A program made the translations under genes and the position numbers. The notes beneath the pieces are model-generated. The model did no database searches and was not told where the DNA came from. It saw nothing but the letters and a program-made list of their open reading frames with translations. A stretch of 35,407 nucleotides of DNA, taken from positions 1 to 35,407 of IMG/VR virus record IMGVR_UViG_3300044557_000171. One strand, given 5' to 3'. The first letter of the stretch is position 1. Each line of letters starts with the position of its first letter. Of this stretch, positions 1 to 8,164 are shown in pieces. Source of the DNA: a virus.

Positions 1-127
1 TTCAGCTATCGGTCAATTGATGGCTGCTTTGCTAGGAGCGATTATTAAACTTGTCCCAACGCTATTGAGTGCTGGTGTTCAGTTAATTTCGGCTCTTGTA
101 AGAGGGGTTCTTCAATTAATGGGAAGT
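1..127. repeat. Terminal direct repeat, identical to 35281-35407 (circular-assembly overlap)
   Basis: Both ends were compared base by base and the 127 nt are identical. The repeat lies inside one continuous ORF, the tape measure. Confidence 0.95.
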
Positions 128-742
128 CTAGCTAGTGCTGGTGGACAACTTATTCAAGGATTGATTAATGCTTTAGTTCAAAAAGCAGGACAAATTTGGA
201 GTTCAATTTCTGGCTTCTTCACAAGCATTCCAGGAAAGATTTCTGGTGCTTTTGGTGATTTAGGTTCTATTGGTTCTAACCTTGTGGATGGAATTATCCA
301 GGGGGTTTCAGGAGCAGCAGGAAGGCTAGCAGAGTCAGTAAAAGATATGGCAAAAGGTGCTGTAGATAAAGTTAAAAGTTTTCTAGGAATCCACTCTCCA
401 TCTCGAAAATTTAGAGATGAGGTCGGTCAGTTCATCCCTTCTGGTATTGCTGTTGGTATCACCGCAAATGCAAGTGATGCAACTAAAGCACTTGCAGACT
501 TGAATCAAAAGATGATGGCAACTGTTACACCCGAAACTGCTTTAAACATCGGAAGAAGTGGAGGAATTTCAAAAGCAACTGCAATAATGGGTAAATCCTC
601 TGGAGCAAGTGTTTCAAGTTCTAGAACAACAAAATCAGCAACTATTCAACAAACGATTTACGTTCAAGAGAATCCAAGCGAAAGAGAACTTAAGCGCCAG
701 ACCTTGAATGGTCTTCAAGAACTAGGTTATCAAATAGGATAG
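2..742 (+). CDS. Tail tape measure protein, C-terminal part (continuation of 32543..35407)
   Basis: Position 2 is in frame with the ORF that is open to 35407, via the 127-bp overlap. It contains the last 22-aa repeats and the typical C-terminal motif GIHSPSRKFRDEVG. Stop at 740-742. Confidence 0.9.
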   Translation, partial: SAIGQLMAALLGAIIKLVPTLLSAGVQLISALVRGVLQLMGSLASAGGQLIQGLINALVQKAGQIWSSISGFFTSIPGKISGAFGDLGSIGSNLVDGIIQGVSGAAGRLAESVKDMAKGAVDKVKSFLGIHSPSRKFRDEVGQFIPSGIAVGITANASDATKALADLNQKMMATVTPETALNIGRSGGISKATAIMGKSSGASVSSSRTTKSATIQQTIYVQENPSERELKRQTLNGLQELGYQIG

Positions 743-754
743 GAAAGGGGAATT

Positions 755-1606
755 ATGGCTAAAGTTAAAATGACTTATACCAACGTCAATGGAAATACAA
801 TTATAATGGGGCCTTTTGCCCCTTTTCGTTTAATGGATTATTCAGGATTTGGTTTACCAGAAAATAATATCAGTAGTGAAAAAGTATTCGGAATGGATGG
901 AGAACAAAAGATACATTCTTCTTTATCTTATCGTGACTTAGAAATAGAGGTTTTGGTACAGGGAACATCATTTGAAGAAAGAGAGAGTTTTAAGCATAAC
1001 TTGATGTCCGCTTTTAATCCTAAATTGTTAGGTACTCTAAAATGGGAAGTTCTTAATACTGCTTATGAAATTGATGTAGAAGTTCTGAAAGGCTTTGATC
1101 CAAAATATCAAAAAGGTACAATTCAATTAAGGGCACTAGACCCGTACTGGAGAGATGTTTCTAATATTGATTACACAGTACAATTAGGACAGACAACAAA
1201 TCTTTTCGTATGGCCATTGATTATTACTCCTGAGTATGAGTTTGCGACAGTAGATTCAGGAAAGGAAATAGAAATTACCAATCAAGGGGATGTCGCCATT
1301 GGAATGGAAATTAATATTAAATGTGTAGCGGAAGTTGTCAATCCCCGATTTATTAATCTTTACTCTCAAGAGTTTTTTTCCTTCAACCATACTTTTAAAG
1401 CCGGTGATGTTATTTATATTAATACAAATCATGGAAAAAAACAGGTCCTTGTAAATGGTGAAAATGGCTTTTCAATGCGTAAACTAGGCTCAACATTTCT
1501 TCAGATTGATAATCAAGCTACTAATTATTTTAAATTAGAAGCAGATGATGGCATTGAAAATATGATAGCGGATATGAAATATAATCCGTTATTAGTGGGG
1601 GTGTAA
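755..1606 (+). CDS. Distal tail protein (Dit)
   Basis: 283-aa ORF directly after the tape measure, with RBS GGAAAGGGG upstream. The call rests on conserved position and size in siphophage tail-tip modules. Confidence 0.7.
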   Translation: MAKVKMTYTNVNGNTIIMGPFAPFRLMDYSGFGLPENNISSEKVFGMDGEQKIHSSLSYRDLEIEVLVQGTSFEERESFKHNLMSAFNPKLLGTLKWEVLNTAYEIDVEVLKGFDPKYQKGTIQLRALDPYWRDVSNIDYTVQLGQTTNLFVWPLIITPEYEFATVDSGKEIEITNQGDVAIGMEINIKCVAEVVNPRFINLYSQEFFSFNHTFKAGDVIYINTNHGKKQVLVNGENGFSMRKLGSTFLQIDNQATNYFKLEADDGIENMIADMKYNPLLVGV

Positions 1607-1607
1607 A

Positions 1608-2726
1608 GTGCAAAACGATTTATCTATTGAGATTTTTGAACGTCAATCTGGTTTTAAATATCTGTCAAGAGGAATACTAGATACTTTTAAAAGTTGTATT
1701 GTTGTTTGGAATGCTTACTCTTTCAATACTTTCCAATTAACGATGCCACTTATTCCAACATATCTTCCTTACTTTATTGAGGAAAATATTCTTTCGATTA
1801 AGGACTGCTATTTCTATATAGATGTAGTTAAATTTGATAGTTCTCAATCAAATCTAATTACAATAACTGGAAAAAGTTTATTGGGTAAGGCAAAAGATAG
1901 AATCATTAAATCTACCTATTCGGTACTTAATAAAAAGCCAGAGCAGATTATTTATGATCTCATCAATAACCACGTTGTTACAGGAGCGGGAGCATCTCGC
2001 TCTTTTAATTTTCTCTCAATTCAACAACCAGATGATTTACAAACTACTGCACTTAATTATCAAAATAGTTATGGAAAAGTTAGTGAGGAAATTTCTTCAC
2101 TGGCAGATAGTAATCAAATTTGCATTCGAGAGTTGGCAACAAATCTAGAAAATCCGGCTGCTCAAATTCAGCTCTATAAAGGGCGAGATTTGAGTGGTGA
2201 CGGTGGTGTTGAATTTAGTTTAAGCGATGAAGGACTTAAAACAGAGAATATTGTTAGGGATAATTCAGATTTATCAACTACTGCTTATGTTTTTGGTGAA
2301 GGAGAAGGAACTGCTCGAAAAAATGTTTTAATTGGAGACGGCTTTACAGGCATTGAACGTCGTGAATTATATGTAGATGCTCGTGATTTACAACAAAGTT
2401 CTACAAATGGTAATGGAGCAACAGTAAATCTATCAGATGCAGACTACAAGGCTCAGCTCATGCAACGAGGACAGCAATCCTTAGCAGAGCGTGTTGAAGT
2501 CATCCAGTTAAGTGGTGAAATTAATTTTAATAACCTTAATTTTCAATATGGAAAAGATTATGAAGTTGGAGACACAGTTCGAGTAACTAGCCAAAGATTT
2601 GGTATTACAAAATCGTCAGTTTTAACATCAATGCAAGAAACTTGGGATGCGGAAGGTGGATATCATTTAGATCCGACTTTTGATAAGGATAGAGTTTCAT
2701 TAATAAAAAAATTAACAAGAAAGTAG
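1608..2726 (+). CDS. Tail-associated protein (Tal, short form without a lysin domain)
   Basis: 372-aa ORF with a GTG start 1 nt after the Dit stop. Position and size match the Dit-Tal-RBP order. Confidence 0.65.
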   Translation: MQNDLSIEIFERQSGFKYLSRGILDTFKSCIVVWNAYSFNTFQLTMPLIPTYLPYFIEENILSIKDCYFYIDVVKFDSSQSNLITITGKSLLGKAKDRIIKSTYSVLNKKPEQIIYDLINNHVVTGAGASRSFNFLSIQQPDDLQTTALNYQNSYGKVSEEISSLADSNQICIRELATNLENPAAQIQLYKGRDLSGDGGVEFSLSDEGLKTENIVRDNSDLSTTAYVFGEGEGTARKNVLIGDGFTGIERRELYVDARDLQQSSTNGNGATVNLSDADYKAQLMQRGQQSLAERVEVIQLSGEINFNNLNFQYGKDYEVGDTVRVTSQRFGITKSSVLTSMQETWDAEGGYHLDPTFDKDRVSLIKKLTRK

Positions 2727-2735
2727 GTAATAATT

Positions 2736-3812
2736 ATGGCAGTATGGGCATTCCCCTTTGTATCAGCAAATGGAGATAGGGCTTATGGACCAGCAGATTG
2801 GATGCAGTTTTATGCTAATATTTTTAGCACAGGAATTGTTCCAAATACTGGATTACCAGGGTACACGGGTTTTCAAGTTGTTCAAACAGATACACCATCT
2901 TTAAATATTAATGTAGGTTCAGGAGTAGCAATTATCAAAGGGGGGCAGATTATGAATACTGCCCCAAAATCTTTCCAAATTCCAGCACCTCTAACATCAC
3001 AATCAAGAACAGATTCACTTGTTGTTCAGTGGAACAACTCCTCTCGTTCAGGAGATGTTGTTTATAAAACAAATAGCACACAAGTTACCCAAACTGCAGA
3101 TGTTTATGAATTACAAATTGCAACGATAGTTGTTCCAGCCAATGCATCAAGTATTGCTCAATCAAATATTACGGATACTCGTGCTGATACTAAAGTTTGT
3201 GGGTATTCTAGTCCATATGAATCTATAAAGACTGGTGATTTATTGGCACAATTTAAATCAGAGCTAGAAGCGAATGGAGTTGTATTTTCAGATTGGTTTG
3301 AACACATCAAGGGTCAACTTTCAGAAGATGCAGCAGGAAACTTGCAAAATGAAATTGATAATCTAACCTCAATTAAAGCAGACAACGATAAAGTTGTTCA
3401 TAACACTGGTGATGAAGATATTGCTGGTAAAAAAACTTTTGAAGATTTACAAATTAAAGGAGACTTTTTAGAGCGCACGGCAACAACAACTATCTCAGGT
3501 CCTTATGCCGTATCATGTACATTAAGAAGAACTGGTAATCTTGTAGAGCTAGTCAGTGAGCGTAAGGTCATAGGTAGTCCGATAGGACATGAACAATCTG
3601 ATGCGGGAATTAGTTTTCCTTCAGGTTATCGCCCTATTTCCCGTGCTTTAGCAAAATTTGAACTAAACAATGGGAATACATTATATAACCCTATGATTTT
3701 GAGAATAGATAGTAATGGGAGTAGCTATTTAACAAATGAAGCATACTCAGGTAACAGATATGCTCAGAGTTATGCCACTTGGGTAACAAATGACCCTTGG
3801 CCAACGAATTAG
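2736..3812 (+). CDS. Receptor-binding / baseplate protein
   Basis: 358-aa ORF and the last structural gene before the lysis cassette. It has a coiled linker, the fibre motif HNTGDEDIAGKKTF, and a C-terminal beta-rich head-like region. Confidence 0.6.
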   Translation: MAVWAFPFVSANGDRAYGPADWMQFYANIFSTGIVPNTGLPGYTGFQVVQTDTPSLNINVGSGVAIIKGGQIMNTAPKSFQIPAPLTSQSRTDSLVVQWNNSSRSGDVVYKTNSTQVTQTADVYELQIATIVVPANASSIAQSNITDTRADTKVCGYSSPYESIKTGDLLAQFKSELEANGVVFSDWFEHIKGQLSEDAAGNLQNEIDNLTSIKADNDKVVHNTGDEDIAGKKTFEDLQIKGDFLERTATTTISGPYAVSCTLRRTGNLVELVSERKVIGSPIGHEQSDAGISFPSGYRPISRALAKFELNNGNTLYNPMILRIDSNGSSYLTNEAYSGNRYAQSYATWVTNDPWPTN

Positions 3813-3824
3813 GAAGTAGGGGGT

Positions 3825-4130
3825 ATGGATGCATTAGTACATGAAGGGTGGCTCTTTTTCAAGCTTGTTATTGATAATTGGGCCGCTCTTCTTATAATTT
3901 CTGGTATTTTTGGTTGGATGTATCGAAGAATGACCAAGAAACAGGAAGAGCAATTAAGAATACTTTTAGTAGTCATTAAACGTGTTGAGCTAGGAGAAGC
4001 AATTAACCACGATTATGGCTTACAAATTGTCAGTGGCATTTTTGATGAACATACCGCACTTGGTGGGAATCATTATGCTCACGAAATTTATGAAAGATAC
4101 AAGGAAGGAAAAGAAAATGATTTCAAATGA
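3825..4130 (+). CDS. Small membrane protein upstream of the holin (holin-like or lysis accessory)
   Basis: 101 aa with RBS GTAGGGGG. It has an N-terminal hydrophobic helix WLFFKLVIDNWAALLIISGIFGWMY followed by a charged tail. Confidence 0.55.
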   Translation: MDALVHEGWLFFKLVIDNWAALLIISGIFGWMYRRMTKKQEEQLRILLVVIKRVELGEAINHDYGLQIVSGIFDEHTALGGNHYAHEIYERYKEGKENDFK

Positions 4131-4341
4131 CAAAGTTTACAATATTATCAAATGGGCTGTTTTAACAGCCTTGCCAGCTCTCAGTGTTTTTATTGGTGTA
4201 ATTGGTAAAGCGTACGGTTGGGGTGGAACTGATTTAGCTATTATAACTTTGAATGCATTCACGGTATTTTTGGGAACATTGGCTGGAGTAAGTGCTGCTA
4301 AGTATAATAGCCAGTCGAATGATACGGAGGAAAATAAATGA
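4117..4341 (+). CDS. Holin (74 aa, two predicted TM helices, charged C-terminus)
   Basis: An internal ATG at 4117 is preceded by AAGGAAGGAAAAG. The product [30 protein letters not shown]... has two hydrophobic segments. Its stop overlaps the lysin ATG (ATGA). Confidence 0.75.
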   Translation: MISNDKVYNIIKWAVLTALPALSVFIGVIGKAYGWGGTDLAIITLNAFTVFLGTLAGVSAAKYNSQSNDTEENK

Positions 4342-5621
4342 AAAAGTTAATTAAAAAAGCTGCCATTGGAATGGTAGCTTTCTTTGTTGTTGCAGCAAGT
4401 GGGCCTGTGTTTGCAGCAGTCGGTGACCAAGGGGTGGACTGGTCAAAATATAATGGTGATTATGGGAATTTTGGTTATGACCATGATAAGTTTGCATTTA
4501 GTCAAATTGGCGGAACTTATGGCGGTTCATTCGTGGACCAAGCGACTTATTCAACACAAGTTGCATCCGCAATTGCTCAGGGCAAGCGAGCTCATACTTA
4601 TATTTGGTACCAAGTCGGAGGTTCACAAGAAGTAGCAAAAGCAGCACTTGACCGCTATTTACCAAAAATTCAAACGCCTAAAAACTCTATTGTAGCTTTG
4701 GATTATGAAAGTGGAGCAAGTGGAGATAAGCAAGCAAATACTGATGCTATTCTTTACGGAATGCGACGTGTTAAAGCGGCTGGATATACTCCAATGTATT
4801 ATTCTTATAAGCCTTACACTTTGGAAAATGTCAATTATAAGCAAATCACCAAAGAATTCCCTAAATCATTATGGATTGCAGCCTATCCAAGCTATGAAGT
4901 GACTCCAGTTCCAAATTATAGCTTTTTCCCAAGTATGGACGGAATTTCAGTATTCCAGTTTACCTCAACTTATGTTGCTGGCGGACTTGATGGAAATGTT
5001 GACTTAACTGGAATCACTGACAAAGGTTATGAGAATGGGAATGCAACTAAACCTGATACTGACACACCAGCCACTGATGACGGTAAAGATGCCAACGAAG
5101 TGACACCAAGTGAAATCCAAGAAGGAATGACTGTCACAATCAAGTTCAGTGCCACGAATTACTCAACAGGTCAAGCAATTCCTAAATGGGTTAAGGAAAA
5201 CTCATATAAAGTCCTTCAAAAATCTGGAAGTAAAGTCTTGCTTGATAACATCATGAGCTGGGTTGCAGCAAGTGACGTCCAAGCACTAGATACAGGCGGA
5301 AGTAACTCAACTGGGAATACTCAAACTTACATTGTCCAATCAGGCGATACTTTGAGTGGCATAGCTTCAAACTGGGGTACGAACTGGCAAGAATTGGCTC
5401 GTCAGAACAGTTTATCTAATCCGAACATGATTTACTCTGGTCAGGTTATTCGCTTCACAGGCGGTCAATCTGTGGCTACATCACGAACTTACACCATACG
5501 CTCAGGCGATAATCTTTCATCAATTGCCAGTCGTTTAGGAATAACAGTTCAAAGTCTAGTTTCAATTAACAGTATTTCAAATCCTAATTTGATTTATGCT
5601 GGTCAAATTCTAAATTATTAA
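4338..5621 (+). CDS. Endolysin: N-terminal signal peptide, GH25 muramidase domain and two C-terminal LysM repeats
   Basis: The signal sequence is [37 protein letters not shown] is a GH25-like start. Two LysM-like repeats are present ([13 protein letters not shown]...[11 protein letters not shown] and [13 protein letters not shown]...[11 protein letters not shown]). Confidence 0.9.
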   Translation: MKKLIKKAAIGMVAFFVVAASGPVFAAVGDQGVDWSKYNGDYGNFGYDHDKFAFSQIGGTYGGSFVDQATYSTQVASAIAQGKRAHTYIWYQVGGSQEVAKAALDRYLPKIQTPKNSIVALDYESGASGDKQANTDAILYGMRRVKAAGYTPMYYSYKPYTLENVNYKQITKEFPKSLWIAAYPSYEVTPVPNYSFFPSMDGISVFQFTSTYVAGGLDGNVDLTGITDKGYENGNATKPDTDTPATDDGKDANEVTPSEIQEGMTVTIKFSATNYSTGQAIPKWVKENSYKVLQKSGSKVLLDNIMSWVAASDVQALDTGGSNSTGNTQTYIVQSGDTLSGIASNWGTNWQELARQNSLSNPNMIYSGQVIRFTGGQSVATSRTYTIRSGDNLSSIASRLGITVQSLVSINSISNPNLIYAGQILNY

Positions 5622-5628
5622 AAATCAT

Positions 5629-5652
5629 GCCTGGCTTCGGTCAGGCTTTTTT
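5629..5652 (+). terminator. Rho-independent terminator after the lysin gene
   Basis: GCCTG...CAGGC stem followed by TTTTTT. Confidence 0.8.
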
Positions 5653-5692
5653 ATTTTGTTTTAAATGATATAATGAAGGTCTTAAACATGGG

Positions 5693-5717
5693 TGTCAGCA
5701 ATTTGCTGGCATTTTTT
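5693..5717 (+). terminator. Second hairpin with T-tract
   Basis: TGTCAGCA-att-TGCTGGCA stem with one G-U pair, followed by TTTTTT. Confidence 0.6.
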
Positions 5718-5767
5718 ATTTGGGTTAATAAATGATTGTAACTAAGCCATTTTTAAGATATCGCATA

Positions 5768-5776
5768 TGATATAAT
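5768..5776 (+). promoter_or_regulatory. Extended -10 promoter (TGaTATAAT) for the GNAT moron
   Basis: TGATATAAT lies about 30 nt upstream of the RBS and start. There is no good -35, which is acceptable for an extended -10. Confidence 0.55.
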
Positions 5777-5808
5777 ATCTTTATAAATACTAAATGAATG
5801 GAGATGTT

Positions 5809-6279
5809 ATGCCACCACGTCAAGAACCCAAAGCTTTTGAGGACCTTAAATTTATAACTGAGGAAGATTTTAACAGATATTTAACAGAAAAAAAAGGAAG
5901 TCAAGAGAAACTTAAAGATAACTTTTATTACATCTTAACTTTTGATAATGTTGGACCTCGTGTAGATGTATTTAAAAAATCTAATCAAGAATATTTAAGA
6001 ATTGCTTATATTGATAGTAATTATTATAAGGTTTCAAAAAATTTATATATATCTATATTAAATGTAAAACCTGAATTTAGAGGAAAAGGAATTGGAACTT
6101 CACTTTATAATTATTTCGAGAAAATTACTTCACAAAAGTTGGAAGTTGAAATAATCACTGGAGAACTAGATTATTGGACAGAACATGAGGAAAGAGTAAG
6201 GTTTTATACTAGGCTACGATTTGAAGTTATGCCAAAGGAGGACAGTGTTAGATTCTTGATAGAAAAACGGTTAAAATAA
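5809..6279 (+). CDS. GNAT-family N-acetyltransferase-like protein (moron)
   Basis: The acetyl-CoA motif FRGKGIGTSLY is present, and RFYTRLRFEV resembles the usual FYxKxGF strand. The ATG at 5809 has GGAG 5 nt upstream, and an alternative in-frame ATG lies at 5794. The gene is flanked by terminators. Confidence 0.65.
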   Translation: MPPRQEPKAFEDLKFITEEDFNRYLTEKKGSQEKLKDNFYYILTFDNVGPRVDVFKKSNQEYLRIAYIDSNYYKVSKNLYISILNVKPEFRGKGIGTSLYNYFEKITSQKLEVEIITGELDYWTEHEERVRFYTRLRFEVMPKEDSVRFLIEKRLK

Positions 6280-6298
6280 AAGATATCAGTATTTTTTG

Positions 6299-6495
6299 TA
6301 GGGACAAAATAGGGACAAGATATCCCTAACCCTTGCGGGTTGTAGGGTGAAAAGGGCGACCGTCGCCTTAAATATTTAACTACATTTAAGTATATTAAAA
6401 TAGAATCGCTCAACAGTGCGGTTCTATTTTTTATAATTTAATCAAAATAAATATACTTAAAAATAATTTGGGACAAATTAGGGTCAATGGGTCAA
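6299..6495. other. Candidate attP region with arm-type repeats
   Basis: The GGG(A/T)CAA motif occurs five times. One pair starts at 6301 and 6312, 11 bp apart. The other three start at 6470, 6481 and 6489. They flank GC-rich hairpins, including the 13-bp palindrome GGCGACCGTCGCC at 6355-6367. The region directly abuts the integrase stop. Confidence 0.5.
6401..6432 (+). terminator. Rho-independent terminator downstream of the GNAT gene
   Basis: 9-bp stem TAGAATCGC/GCGGTTCTA with one G-U pair, followed by TTTTTT. Confidence 0.7.
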
Positions 6496-7559
6496 AGTTT
6501 ATTAAATATTTTTCTGATAACATCGTTGTTCTCTTGCTCCATCTCTTTTAACTGATGAGCATAAACTTTCAAAGTGACATTTAAATTTTCATGTCCCAAT
6601 AATTTTGACACGGTTAGTAAGTCTATTCCTTTGTAAATCAGATATGATGCAAAAGAATGTCTTAAAGAATGAGGGTGAACTTTTCTACCAGCTATTACTT
6701 TGATTGTCTTATTTAGACCATTATTGCTTAAATTATAAATTACACGATCATACTTGTTTTCGTGCCAATATTCTTTTTTATATTTTTTTAGTAGTTTGAT
6801 TGTTTTAGAAGATATAGGAATTTTACGCTTTGAACTTTCGTTTTTAGTATCTGCAAAATCATTCGTTATACTGTAGTCCCAAGTTCTTTGGATAGAAATT
6901 TCTTTTTTACTAAAGTCTACATGATCCCAAGTAAGTCCTAAAAGTTCTGCAAATCTCATACCAGTTACTGCAGTTAAGTAGCAAGCAAAGTAACTAGTAT
7001 ATTCCATTTTTTCTTCTGCAATGGCTAATAACTTGAGATATTCATCAGCATGTAAATACTTTTCCTCAACTGGACGAGCTGCAAGTTTTGATTTTGCTTT
7101 GGTAAAGTCAGCAAAATTTTCACTAATAACTTTTTCATGAACGGCAATCTTCATAGCAGATTTTATTTGAAAATAAAATTTGTCCAAAGATTCTTGACGA
7201 TAAAGTAAACTCATTTTGTTTAGCACAGCTTGATAAAAAGTGGGGGTTATTTCAGCAATTGGTTTATCTTTGATATATTTATCGATAAGATTCAAAGTAC
7301 GCTTATACGTTCTCCAAGTGGCTTCTGTGACATGTGGTTTTTTATATACCTTGGCCCACTTCTCAAAAAAATCATAAAGAGAAATATCATTGTCAAATTC
7401 TGAATGGTTATTCAATCGTTTCTTTGCTTCATCAGCTGCAGCTTCGGCTTCTTTTTTTGTTTTATATCCACCCTTTTCAAACTTTTTGTATTCTCCATTA
7501 TTATCTTTAAATGAAAGTCTGAATTGCCATGTTTTTCCACGTTTTCTAAAATTTGCCAT
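6492..7559 (-). CDS. int: Tyrosine integrase (site-specific recombinase)
   Basis: The C-terminal catalytic signature HSLRHSFASYLI...LLGHENLNVTLKVYAH is present (R, HxxR, Y). The start is placed at MANFRKRGKTWQFRLSF, and the longer ORF to 7667 is less likely. Confidence 0.92.
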   Translation of the reverse strand: MANFRKRGKTWQFRLSFKDNNGEYKKFEKGGYKTKKEAEAAADEAKKRLNNHSEFDNDISLYDFFEKWAKVYKKPHVTEATWRTYKRTLNLIDKYIKDKPIAEITPTFYQAVLNKMSLLYRQESLDKFYFQIKSAMKIAVHEKVISENFADFTKAKSKLAARPVEEKYLHADEYLKLLAIAEEKMEYTSYFACYLTAVTGMRFAELLGLTWDHVDFSKKEISIQRTWDYSITNDFADTKNESSKRKIPISSKTIKLLKKYKKEYWHENKYDRVIYNLSNNGLNKTIKVIAGRKVHPHSLRHSFASYLIYKGIDLLTVSKLLGHENLNVTLKVYAHQLKEMEQENNDVIRKIFNKL

Positions 7560-7647
7560 GATTTGATTTTTACTCACTTTCTTGCTAAAATTGAGTACAG
7601 TAAAAGACCTTCGTTTGAAGTGTTTATACTGTATACATAATTGATTA

Positions 7648-7686
7648 AATCCGTCACCAGTCGCCAAACTTTGACGGATTTTTTTA
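7648..7686 (+). terminator. Strong hairpin with T-tract between the lipoprotein gene and int
   Basis: 9-bp stem AATCCGTCA/TGACGGATT with a 15-nt loop, then TTTTTTTATTTT on the plus strand and an A-tract equivalent on the minus strand. It may work in both directions. Confidence 0.55.
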
Positions 7687-7688
7687 TT

Positions 7689-8114
7689 TTATTTTATTGT
7701 TTCAAAGGTGATCATGTATGAACCTAAAGAACTAGCTACTTTTTTTACTTTTACTGTATGAGTTTCTCCAGCTTTCCAATTTAAGACTTCTGTGGAAACA
7801 AAATTGAGATGTTCGCCAGCCCAAACAGTATATCCAAGTTCCCCATCAGGGACAACATTATCTACAGTAAAGGTTACTACTTTGCCAATAGTATCTTGAC
7901 TTGAATTTAGAGCAGATTCAAATTCAGCAGCTGTTTTAAAGTCAACAGCAGTTGATGAGCTGCTTTGTGATGTTTTTGAACTTGATTTACTTGTATTTGA
8001 AGAACTTACTGAACTTTCTTTTGATGATGATTTACTTGTATCACTTTTGTTTGAACATGCAGCAAGTGATAATGTTGTCAGGATGGTTACTCCAATTATT
8101 GCTAATTTTTTCAT
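7689..8114 (-). CDS. Prophage lipoprotein with a Ser-rich linker (candidate superinfection-exclusion factor)
   Basis: Signal peptide plus lipobox MKKLAIIGVTILTTLSLAAC. A roughly 35-aa S/K/T-rich linker is followed by a roughly 85-aa beta-rich domain. RBS AGGAGAA. Confidence 0.8.
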   Translation of the reverse strand: MKKLAIIGVTILTTLSLAACSNKSDTSKSSSKESSVSSSNTSKSSSKTSQSSSSTAVDFKTAAEFESALNSSQDTIGKVVTFTVDNVVPDGELGYTVWAGEHLNFVSTEVLNWKAGETHTVKVKKVASSLGSYMITFETIK

Positions 8115-8164
8115 ATAGTTTTCTCCTACCTAGCTTTTATTGAGAATCAAGGACTGCTCTTTTT

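Noticed and set aside
1-127. 127-bp end repeat considered as biological direct terminal repeats of the virion DNA
   Set aside because: The repeat falls in the middle of the tape measure ORF, and the frame is continuous across the join. It is best explained as an assembly overlap of a circular or permuted genome.
4015-4116. Longer 108-aa version of the holin ORF
   Set aside because: It has no RBS at 4015 and overlaps most of the 3' end of the preceding gene. The internal ATG at 4117 has a strong AAGGAAGG RBS and gives a typical two-TM holin.
6204-6413. 69-aa minus-strand ORF across the end of the GNAT gene and the att region
   Set aside because: It overlaps the GNAT 3' end in antisense, runs through hairpins and repeats, and has no RBS. 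It is most likely a chance ORF.
7560-7667. N-terminal extension of the integrase ORF (start at 7667)
   Set aside because: The extension reads through the hairpin at 7648-7680. The sequence MANFRKRGKTWQF at 7559 is a typical integrase N-terminus.
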